In this document: one piece after another, positions 25,901 to 36,506 of the stretch | How the letters are laid out: every line of letters starts with the position of its first letter | Position numbering within the stretch: the first letter of the stretch is position 1 | DNA from: Takakia lepidozioides | Lineage: Eukaryota > Plantae > Bryophyta | Length of the DNA stretch: 64,000 nucleotides | Direction of reading: 5' to 3' | Assembly: GCA_030704615.1 (NCBI GenBank) | Contig: CM060733.1 | Span: 14,942,001 to 15,006,000 of the forward strand | Position numbers and translations under genes: made by a program | Notes under the pieces: generated by a model | What the model was told of the DNA's origin: nothing | The model's database searches: none | What the model saw: the letters and a program-made list of their open reading frames with translations, nothing else

Positions 25901-27061
25901 TAAGTAACCAATGGACGGGTGGCATATAGACCTGGAATGTAGTAAAAAAGGCGCACAACCAGAGCCAAGAATGCAGCCCATAAACCATACTCGCCTCTGC
26001 AAAGACATGCCCACATGATATATATAGACAGAAAGGTTTCTTCAAATAGCACTGATGACTTCAACACTCTTCTCAAGTGACATGACTCGAGAAACTAACG
26101 AGTCCCTTTATCTCACTCCAAAGAACTTGAGTTTCTTTCTTTCTCTCACATTATAAGTACCATTTCATTTCTCTGTATATCTCTCCAGTGCTCATCCAAT
26201 CATTATGAGATTTATCATTCATTTCATCTTTTCATGGCTCTCCCCACCACCACTTCTCTCTCCTCCGCATGTGCACATACTACAGAGAAAGGGATTCCAT
26301 ATGTTCCATGACCAAAGATAGGACAGGGCAACAGGATCAAATTTGTGAAAGAAGATGTCAATGGGAAAATGAAACTCTTGAGCCACATGCCCAACTGACC
26401 TCATGTACGAAAGAATATCTTGGGGAAGTTCCAAGGCAACTAGGGGCACTACAAATTCTTTGCGCACACTCGATCCTCTCACCAACATTACAACCCTGTA
26501 CCCCCAACCCAACTGGTGAACAAAGCACTTCAAACATCAATACAGATTCGATAGGAGATACATTTTGTTCCAGATTGAAGAGAGCTTAGGAAACGGAGGG
26601 GATCACAGTAGTCTTCTCTAACCACACGCACCCACCACACCACCTCCTTGTCTGTCACTCTCAGAAGCAATTTTATACGCAGTTACTTCTTGTATGTTAC
26701 GAATTCATGTCACATCAGGTCTTTGGGCTTCCTCTGAGCAACTTCCTTCCTTTTTTCCTCAACATACATCCCTGTATCCTTATCCACTGAGGCCCAACCA
26801 GCAAGGTCTTCACTTCATCAATCAAAAGCAAAGTGAGAACAACTCTCTCTATCAGAATGAAACCTCATTGGACCATGTGTCTGAAGACAAGAACCTTACA
26901 TTGCTGCTGCAACAAAGGTCCATCGCAGAGTCTCATCTGAGAGAGCCGCCCGCGCACCACTGCGGACCTTGTCCAGAGCTCCAACCCCATCCATGAAGGA
27001 GACAGGCTCTGTGCCTTGGATGCCCCAAAGATGATTCATCACTAATGATGATGATGCAAAC
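19922..27061 (-). CDS. COR413 inner-membrane copy 1: exons 2-6 open, exon 1 (transit peptide) absent, LINE in intron 4; functional status uncertain
   Basis: Exons 27061-26900, 26495-26400, 25996-25932, 20442-20373 (GC donor) and 20096-19922 have the same lengths and splice sites as intact copy 3. In-frame ATG at 27039. Confidence 0.75.
23398..24309. mobile_element. Non-autonomous hAT element (912 bp) nested in the LINE
   Basis: TIRs CAGTGTTGTGC / GCACAACACTG; 8-bp TSD GTCCAAAC at 23390-23397 and 24310-24317; dense subterminal CCGGGT/ACCCGG repeats. Confidence 0.95.
25146..25550 (-). repeat. Tandem repeat in the LINE 5' region, 141-bp period, about 3 copies
   Basis: Units start at ~25146, ~25287 and ~25428; each encodes EGFGTLNGLPILKVYTRR on the minus strand. 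Confidence 0.9.
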
Positions 27062-27718
27062 CTGTTCAAATCCCTCCTACATCAGCTTAAGCATTTGATC
27101 CCTTCGAATTCACGCATATAAAATCTGTCTTATTGTCTCAGCTTAATGCTTGAAATCAGTTGCATACACTCAATCCACATATATATATTGAGTTCATTAA
27201 CAATGGGTGCAGAGGAGGTTGTTCTTGGCCCATGAGACATCAAAAGCGTCGAGAAGAGCCTTTCCAAACTGGGAGGGCCACTGGATCCATCGTCATGGGA
27301 ACGGTTTTTCTTCTTTTCCCCCTCACCCCCGCCCTCTCCCCCACCCATACATCTAAGATCCGCCAAAAAACATCAGCATTCATCCCGAAGCGGCCATCCA
27401 CGGGACGGTAAAAGTTCCCAGGACCGTTATGAATGCGATTCATGCATTCAAAAGTGAGGGGTCGATTGGATTCGGCAGCAAATTCTTTGTTGGTCTCCCT
27501 TCTTTCGTCATTGCACGTCCCCTGTTACACCGTGGCATTGTCGGCCCGAAATAGCATCGTCCTCATTAGGTGAACCTTCCGCCAGTCTAGTGTCAGACTT
27601 GCAACCAGGCTCGACAAGTCTTGAACGCATGGCATTTTCTATTCCTGCGATGAAGCCGTCACCACAGTCCACTTTACCTTCACCATTGGAGCCTCCGGAG
27701 AGCCTCCGTCGAAGTGTG

Positions 27719-30301
27719 TGTTGGATGTAAGGTAGATGACCCAATTCAGACCACGTTCTGAAATGGATCCCTATAAATGTGCATCAAATAAACAATCAGG
27801 GACCTAGAATGGTCCATCCACATCAGAGTGGACAGTTTTGGGTGCAAAGAATGAACTTTTATTAACATAAGTGGCTATATTGTAAGCACTTGGTCCCACA
27901 AGTACAATCCATTCATGATATGGCATCAAGCCAAATCTATTTTTATTTAGGCAACACATTAAGGCACGGTTAGGTAGAGTTACTTTCCTAAGATGTTAGA
28001 ATAAGAAACAAAGGTTCAATTTAAAAAACAATTGCATGGGAGTGGAGAGTTACGTGACTGAGTCACTTTTGACAGCTTTCCCGAACCGTTCATATTGTGT
28101 AGATGATCCAGGTTACAGCCATCTTGAGGTCATTTTGGCATGAGTTTTGTTCACACTTGGTAGGAGCTACTGGTCATAAGTGGGTATTTTTGCATTTTCC
28201 ACCTTAAAAATTCATAGAAATTACATATAAAGTCAAAAAAATCCTGAAACTTTGGCAATCCCCGTAGTTTTCATTTCCTAATCGAACGACAAAAACAAAC
28301 TCGAAATCTGCCACTCAGAGCACCCTAAACTGCTTAAAGGGTCCATTATGGGTCATCTACCTTAATTCAACATTTAGATTATGTAAGTTAATACGTCTAT
28401 ACGAAGGGTCACAACCCTTTAAGGTATGACTGTTGAGTTGTTGAAGAGACCTGTCTTCTTCTCTCTCATTCTTAGTCATTCTTACATACATAAAATTGAG
28501 TAATCATACTCACTCTATACTAATGTTTGAGTGCTAGTATTTTATAACATGGTATCAGAGCCTTGTGCTCAACCGATCCATAGCCATCTAATGAGAGTCG
28601 ACGTAAGATTGTCTTTGAATCGTTTGTCTTAAAGATTATTTATCAAAAGTCAGCGACCTCGGACCATGCGCTTATTCAAACTTTATGAAAATTGTTGTTA
28701 AGGATTAGAAGGGCAAGAACAAACGCTCTGCCATTGGCTAGGTCTTGTCTAACGACATAGATTCCCCATGGCTGCTCCCTCTTTTCCTGCAGCAAGGGCG
28801 TATCGCCTTAGTAGTACCAATTATTCCATTTGGTCTATCAAAATGGAAATGCTTTCAATGAGGTCTGAATTTTGGGGAGTGGTCGATGGTACTGACCCTG
28901 ACCCCGGTGTGGCTGATGCTGCACTTCAAGCTACTTAGAAAATAAAAGATTTCAAAGCATGCTCTGAATTGATTCTCCATTGTGGAGATCGTCATATTCA
29001 ATTAGTCGGATCTCTTAAAATTTCTACAGCAGTTTGGGCTAAACTAAAATTTATCTATGAACACACGGATAGTGCATCCCAAGTCATAAACGTATTATGA
29101 TGCTTACTCTTTTAGAGTCCCAATCTGTAACAGAGTTCTTGGAAAATTGGCAAGGAGCGTTAGATGATGCTTCAGTTGCAGGGCTAGTAATCCATGAAGC
29201 ACTGCATGTCACTATGCTTCTTGGAGCGTTGCCTCCTTCATGGCGGCCATTTATTACCACTCAAGGAAGTGTTGCAAACCAAACCCTTGCTGATTTGATT
29301 GGTAAGGTTTTGCAAGAGGCCATTATGAGACACACGGATAGTTCTAATGGTAAACCTTCAGTTTTATTTGCTGGACAACGAGGCAAGTTCAAGGGAACTA
29401 GAGAACCATTTGGCCCTCCCAATGGAGGTTATAATAATAATTTTCAGATGGCAGCCTCTTCTAGTAACCCTAGTGGTCAACTGTCACATAGAGACAAAAT
29501 CTGTCATTACTGTGGGAAGAGGGGACATATATCCCCTAATTGCAAAAAGCGCAAACGAGATAGAGAAAACGACATTTCAAGCCAATTCTGCTACTACTCA
29601 AGATAATGTAGCTTCGGCTCCATTTCAACTCTTCTAATGATGTCATTCAAGCATGTAACATTTATATTGTTAATGATGCTTGGAGTTCCAACAAACTTGT
29701 TTCAGAACCTTCATAGAGTTATGTCATGCGGCATTAACTTAAAGAAGAGATCTAAGGTGTCATCCCAACAACATCATTATTGGTGCATTATTTGAACTTC
29801 AAATGAGTAATTTCTCCAACGAGAACTTTTATTTGAAAATCAAGCTATCTCTGACTAATTGATAGCAAGCTGGCCACAATTACGACTTCCACTTTGATGT
29901 GAACGAAGTCTCAGTTCGACCAAGAAAAAAGGAGCACATGCTAGAGAATTTTGGCTAATGCCATCAACTCTACATCTCATTTAATCAAAGGATAAAATTA
30001 TGTGAATATGCTTTAATAGCATTGTTGGACAAAAACACGGCCTTCATAATTTAGACTCTTAAATGTTTTCATTAAGGGGGAGTGTTGGATGTAATTCAAC
30101 ATTTAGATTATATAAGTTAACATCCATATAGAATGGATACGTCTATACGAAGGGTCACAACCCTTTAAGGTATTACTGTTGAGTTGTTGAAGAGACATTG
30201 TAATGTCTTCTTCTCTCTCATTCTTAGTCATTCTTACATACATAAAATTGAGTAATCATACTCACTTTACACTAATGTTTGAGTGCTAGTATTTTATAAC
30301 A
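27719..30301 (+). mobile_element. Gag-only Copia-type LTR retrotransposon (TR-GAG-like)
   Basis: LTRs 27719-28549 (with MITE inside) and 30083-30301, both TG..CA. tRNA-Met PBS TGGTATCAGAGC at 28550. PPT AAGGGGGAG. TSD GTGTG/GTCTG. Decayed gag with CHYCGKRGHISPNC knuckle; no pol. Confidence 0.9.
27730..28362. mobile_element. MITE with TA target duplication inside the 5' LTR
   Basis: TIR AGGTAGATGACCC / GGGTCATCTACCT with TA on both sides. The 3' LTR shows the empty site GATGTA|ATTCAAC. Confidence 0.9.
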
Positions 30302-31202
30302 GTCTGGACCTCCACCGTTTCCAGGCGAGGAATCTTGTCCCCGAAGGCCTATCAAGGCAGTGGAGTAGGATGGTCGTATGCTCCGGAAGGATGGCCCAGT
30401 CCCAATGATAAATGGGGCTGGAGGGTCGGGCAACGAGCCAACAGATCCCTACTCTTTCCCGAGAGTCTGGCCGAAGGTAGAAAGGTCCAGAGATTCTCCA
30501 GCAAAAAGAGTATTGCAGACTGCCTGGCAAAGACGTTTACATGACTAGACATCGAGACCTATTTCAACTCATTCCAGTGGAGAGTAGTTTCTTTCTTTGC
30601 CAGTGGAGGCCCTCTTTCTTCAGAAGGTACATGGATTTCTTACCTTCCCATGGTTCTTCCATAGAATCTTTTTTTGCGGTACGTTTATGGAAGCATTAAA
30701 AAAGTGAAGTGATGTATCAAGATTTGGATGCAATTATGTGCATGGAGGCAGTACATTTGAGCTTTACTGGTAGTATCTACATTGGTCATGGTCTTTGTTG
30801 ATTTGTTGATTTGATGTCATGTGTCTCATCATACTGCTGGAGCTGCATTGGCCATCGGCTGTCGTTGCTAATTCCAATTTGATAGTGGAGGCTGTCTGAT
30901 CAATAGACCAATCTCTATTTTAGTTTTGTAGTTGAATGCTGATTTTTTTTGTTGATTTGTTCAGTCCTCAGTCATCTTTAGTAGGTTTTGTAATAATTGA
31001 CAAATTGAGATTTTGTGCCACGTTGTTGTGACAATAGAGCTGTCAGTAGAGGAAGCACGTTGCCATCAGGATTGTTGCAGGAAATTAACAATGTTGTTGC
31101 TTGGCACCTTGTGATGATGCAGGATTGCGAAGTCCAGCCAAAAGGTCAAGGCGTCATGCTGAGGATTGGCTTAAAAACACGATGGATTCTGACGTCTCTA
31201 GT

Positions 31203-34200
31203 TGATGCAAATCATGCTACCATGGTATAGGAATTAGACACTATAGAATACAAAGCGCTTTATTAATTATGAGCTCTCCTCCCAACCACCAAGACACCAG
31301 AATAATTCTCTAGTTTATCTCCCCCGAGCTCTTATCTGTTCGACTCCAAGAGTTACTACTAGATCTAATCTGATTGGTCATTCAAGTGTTATGTCCTTTC
31401 AGGATATAGCCAATTAATAACTTACATAATAATTGCTAGCTGATAGTTCTAATTTCAATACTTCCACTAACTAACTAACAATTATTTCTTCTTAGATCCT
31501 AGGATTTTTTCTTCTTTGCTCAACACCCTTGCTACTTCTTTGAACTTGAAGTGCTTTAGCTTTGATAAGCTTTTGGTAAGCATATCAGCAACCATATCCT
31601 CAGTGTTGCAATACTTCAGTTTGATCTTAAACAACAACTTACATCCAATTGTCTTCCTAGTAGAAGGTAAATCTGTAAGGGTCTAAGTCTTGTTCTTCAT
31701 CAAGGACTTATATTCAGAGTTTACCGCCTCTTGCCAATTGTTTGCGTCCTCTCTTGTAAATGCTTCTTTCAAAGTAAGAGGTTCAGAAGTTAACCTCTCA
31801 GAAGCCAACCCTTGAATTGCACTAATTGACTCAACGAATCTTTGAGGTGGTTTCCTTACTCGAGTACTTCAACGAATAATTGGAAGTTCTCTTTGGTGGA
31901 TTTATATCTGGTTCAGTGTTTTCTTCTTGTAGTTCATAAGGATCTTCTTCATCATCTGAGTTGTGGAACTTCGTTATATTCCACTTCCTCATCTACCAAT
32001 TGGTGATTATTGACATCTTCCAATGATCTATTTCTGGGAGTTCTGAGTCATAATCAAAAACATCATCTACTACTTCATCATTTATTGCTCCCACTGAATA
32101 TTTAACCTCCAACTTTTCATTAAATATCACATCTCGACTTATCACTAGACGTTTATTCTCTTCATCATATAATCTGTAGCCTTTGGTAACATCATTATAC
32201 CCAAGAAGAATGCACTTCATACTCTTTGAATCAGGTTTCTTCCTCTTTTCTTTTGGAATGTGAACGAAGGTTTCACTACCAAATATTCTGAGATGTGCTA
32301 TTGATGGTTTGACCCCAGACCATGCTTCTTTTGGAGTTTTCCCATCTACAACAACTGTTGGAGTTCTATTTTGAATATAGGCTGTTGTATTTATCGCCTC
32401 TCCTTAGAAGGTATTATCAAGACATGCAGCTAGAAGCATACTTCTAGTACATTCGACTAGGGTTCTATTTTTCCGTTCTGCTACCCTATTTTGTTCATGT
32501 GGAGTATAAGGAGCTGACATTTGTCTAGCAATCCCATATTCGGAACAAAATGAGTTAAAAGTTTTTGAGGCATATTCAGTCCCATTGTCAGTTCTTAGGG
32601 TTTTCAACCTCTTTCCTGTTTGATTTTTAGCCAGGGCTTTGTATTTCTTAAACGTTTCAAAAGCTTCACTTTTGAGTTTAAGTAAATATATCGTTGCCCT
32701 TCGGCTTTAATCATCTATAAACGTGACAAAATATTTGGATCCTCCAAAACAATTTGTTTGCATAGGGCCGCAACATCTGAGTGTACCAATTCTAATACCT
32801 CAGATGCATGTTTTCCCCCACTTGTACGAAATTGGTTTTGGTGTTGTTTCCCATGCATACAACTCTCACAAAAATGTAAATCTATGATTGATTGTGTGTA
32901 CCCTCAACCAGTTTTCCTTTTGCATCAACTTCATCTTTTGAAGGCTTGAACCCAAGCCTATGATGCCATACATCACCTTCATTCATTTTACTAGTTGAAA
33001 TAGATGACATACTTACCTCTTGACTTGGTGTTGTGAAAGAAGTACCCAATACATATAAATTGTCATTCATTCCTTCTGTGGGAATTATTTTCTCTCCACT
33101 TTTATCCTTAAGTTGGAAGGAATTTGCATCAAATTCCCCACTTGTATCCAACACTAGTAGTTTTACTTACTGACACAAGGTTTCTTTTCAACCTGGGAAC
33201 ATGAAGCACATTCTCGATGTGCTTTACTTCTCCATTTTGAAGTTTAATTGTCACCAATCCTCTACCTCTTATCCCGGATGAGATACTATTAGCTTGTAGC
33301 TTTTTCTAATCTCCATTCTTTTTCATCAGCCATGTGAATCCTACATTCTTTCGTAAAATGTCCGGGTTTCTTGCAATAAAAACATTTACCAGGTCTCTTT
33401 TTGGTTGGTTGAGGACCACCATAAGAGCCACCTGAACTAGAGCCTACTTCAACACCTGGATTATTACTTTTTTCCGTTAGCTACAACGAATACTTCGAAT
33501 GAGGGATGAAGACTATTAAGTAATGTTAATATCTTTTCAGCCTCATCGATTGTTATTCCTACACCAGCAAGTTGGTCAACCAGATTACTAAATGTACTAA
33601 TGTGATTAGCTATGCTATCACACATACCAAGCATGAGATTTCAAATCTCTCCACACCTCCTAAATTGATGATTCTCCAATTGCAACGTGCCACTCCAATT
33701 GCCAGGGTCAGCTAGAAACAGAAAATAGCATATAAAGATCCCCACACCTTCCCCACAAAGACCTTCCACCACACTTGAGTGACCAATCAGATTACATCTA
33801 GTGCAACACGTGGTGGACGAATAAGAAGCTAGAGTTTGCAGTTTCGTTCACGTTCGTCGAGAGAATGAACGAACTGCACATGGTGGATTGGGACGTTGGG
33901 ATAGACATGGCGACTGAAGTTGCAGTGTTTGTTTGCAAGTCAATTGGTGTCTAACATTCAAATGTCTAAACTCTAAACTCACATGTGACAGTCTTTCGGT
34001 GATTCCATCTTGACAATTTCACTGTATAGCTTCCCTTTGAGATGAGTAGAGGAGGTGGAGTGTGTTGGAAATGTTTCACTTTTTAAAATGAGGTTAATGT
34101 GTAGTTATAAGAGCAAAATTCATGTGAGAAGTGATGATGGGAGAGGTGCAATAGGATGCTTGCCTGGAATGGGAGGTAGAAAGAGAGGAAAATTTTCCAG

Positions 34201-34641
34201 CTGTGATTTGCATAGAAGTAAAGTTTTGAGAAAAAATTGGACATTGTTAATTTTGTCCACTACTAAAATTTCGTCCACTTTTGTATCAGTTGCATCTGGT
34301 AAACCATCTGGGCTACCCCCCTCAGCTTTACATTTTTCCCTTCTCAAGAGCATCTTAGTTTTGATCTTCCACATATTGAAGTTATCTCCATCGAATTTAT
34401 CGATGAGACGAGCATCCATTGAAGTGGAAGTCATACTTAGCAGATTTTCTTTTCCTTAGACTTTTAATCGTTCGTATAGTTTGTGACTCTCTATCCTATT
34501 TTACATAGAAGCTTTTCGCAAAGCTCTGATACCATGATGCAAATCATGCTACCATGCTATAGGAATTAGACACTATAGAATACAAAGTGCTTTATTAATT
34601 AGGAGCTCTCCTCCCAACCATGAAGACACCAGAATAATTCT
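31203..34641 (-). mobile_element. Internally deleted Ty1/Copia LTR retrotransposon
   Basis: LTR copies start TGATGCAAATCATGCT at 31203 and 34535 (the second truncated). PBS reverse complement GCTCTGATACCA at 34523-34534. Gag start IDKFDGDNFNMWK, WHHRLG, integrase LRTDNGTEY...RVAERKNRTLVE, KCILLGY. RT mostly deleted; RNase H end ADMLTKSL. Confidence 0.9.
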
Positions 34642-34644
34642 TTG

Positions 34645-36506
34645 GTTAGCTAGAACGATTCACATCAAAAGATTCCAAAAGACATGTCAATATGTATTAA
34701 ACATGAGACTCTTCCCAGTAAGAGACACATGCCATTGTAAGAGTGACAGAGTGAGATATATGTATAAATGAATATAGTTTCATGCTTTTTCATCACTGTC
34801 TCTAGCTTTACTCTCTTCATGATGTCACTATTTAACATGGTATCAGAGCCACCATGTTAGAGCCACCTAGTAATTCATGAGGATAACTTATTAACATGAG
34901 GATATCCAGAAAGTACAAGTCAAATAAGGCATACTTACATAAATCTATAATTGTCATAAAGTAGATAACCAAAGCTCATGATGTCGTCATACCAAGTTAG
35001 ATATATTGAGAGACTTGATGGCACAAATTATGCAACCTGGAAACTAAGAATGTCATATCTTTTAAAAAAAGACAGGTTATGGGATTTAGTGATAGGTACT
35101 GAGGTAAAGCCCTTTACTACAACGTCACTAGGTGGGACTATAACAAATCCACCCGGCCCAGGTTCAATATTAAATTGGGATGATAAAGATAGAGCATCTC
35201 AAATGCTTATAGTACAAAGTGTCAAAAATTCATGTCTAGGATATGCTACATCAGGTACAATGGCAGCTGAAAGTTGGGCTGAATTGCAATCAATGTATCA
35301 AAATAAAGACGTCATGAACAAAAGACTACTTAGAAAAACTTATGTCAATTTTACAATGAGTGAAGGAGATAATTTATCGTCTCATCTTCACAATTTTAAA
35401 TTGCTTCTGGAACAATTAGCCTCAGTAGGGGTAACATGTATTGATGAGGATAAAATAGAAACATTGTTAGGCAGTCTTCCTGAATCATATGACCCAGTAG
35501 TCATGACATTAAAAAATACTACAGGACTAATATTTCTAGATATATCATCAAGATTATTTAATGAAGATATGAAAAAGAACAAACTTCAGCAATGTACACT
35601 AGGAGAAAATTAATTCAACAAGGGAATCCATATAATTCTCAGTCAGAAGAGAAAACCTCTCAATTAATGAAGAAGAGAAGAGGAGTTTGCAATTACTGCA
35701 AAAAGCTAGGACACTATAAAAAGGAGTGTAGGAAATTTCTAGCAGATAAAGCCTCGGGAAAGATCAAACTGAATACAGTTTTTCAGCACAAGTCCCAAAT
35801 GAGTACAAATTATTTTGAAAGTTGTAGCTCTAAACATGGTAAAAATATTTCATTTCAGGTCTTGTATTAGACATCATTGGTCAATTATTACCTCAAGTTT
35901 TGGTTCTACTAACGAACCAGTATATATCCAAGTGCGTAATTCTTGCAGCTATTCCACAGTCATTCTCTCGAGAGCAGTCAATGCTACAAGAAGAAGTGGA
36001 AGCATTGAGGCAGCTATGACAGTGAGGAAATGAAGATCAACTCAGTGAGTGGAGTGTACCAAAGTTATAAAAAAAAATCAACTCAACGGATGATTATGAT
36101 TAAACGAATGTTAAATTAGCAATGACGTGTTATATAGATTTTATCTTTAACATACATTAGACTTAAGTGGGGGTGTTACAAGGATAGTAACATCCACAAG
36201 GTAAAGATAAAGATACAGTTTCTTTAACGTCGAGTGAATTTACAGAGCCTACTGTTCGACACACAGGCCATCGAGGGCCCAATGGAAGGTAGTAAATCTA
36301 ATAATTAAAGGTAGTTATATATGTTGTTACATCAGTTGTTAGCTAGAACGATTCACATCAAAAGATTCCAAAGAACATGTCACTAATATGTGTAAAACGT
36401 GAGACTCTTCCTTGTAAGAGACATGGGCTATTGTAAGAGTGACAGAGTGAGATATATGTATAAAGGATATAGTTTCATGCTTTATCATCACTGTCACTAT
36501 TTAACA
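34645..36506 (+). mobile_element. Second gag-only Copia-type LTR element (TR-GAG-like), 5' LTR truncated
   Basis: 5' LTR remnant ending TTTAACA at 34837, PBS TGGTATCAGAGC at 34838, gag ORF 34978-35613 (ERLDGTNYATWK...LLGSLPESY) with a frameshifted CNYCKKLGHYKKEC knuckle, PPT AAGTGGGGG, 3' LTR 36174-36506; no pol. Confidence 0.88.

Larger units (their letters stand above)
20547..25909 (-). mobile_element. Non-LTR retrotransposon (APE endonuclease-RT-CCHC; L2/CR1/RTE-X-like rather than typical plant L1), inactivated
   Basis: APE motifs ATFNFSGL, AGQETW, LLGDFNARVG, TSDH. RT motifs PGNYRGITLL, FLDVKKAYDTVWRDGLW, GVAQGCTLSP, FADD. C-terminal CPLC..EDSIHFLIHC. Stop at ~22369 and frameshifts near 24415 and 21260. 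Boundaries defined by the empty site in COR413 copy 3. Confidence 0.93.
27545..30626 (+). pseudogene. DUF7081-like (OBERON-like PHD protein N-terminal domain) gene fragment, copy A, interrupted by a Copia-type element
   Basis: GVGWSYAPEGWPSPNDKWGWRVGQR...FSSKKSIADCLAKTF*LDIETYFNSFQWRV at 30360-30590. Inverted paralog at 55766-56287. Confidence 0.65.

Noticed and set aside
25558-26076. 172-aa ORF fusing COR413 exon 4 to LINE 5' sequence
   Set aside because: It starts in intron 3 at a non-ATG codon and reads through the exon 4 donor; most likely a chance in-frame junction.
26694-26996. 100-aa ORF conserved three times (also 37971-38273 and 43459-43761)
   Set aside because: It is the antisense shadow of COR413 exon 2/intron 2; conservation reflects recent duplication.
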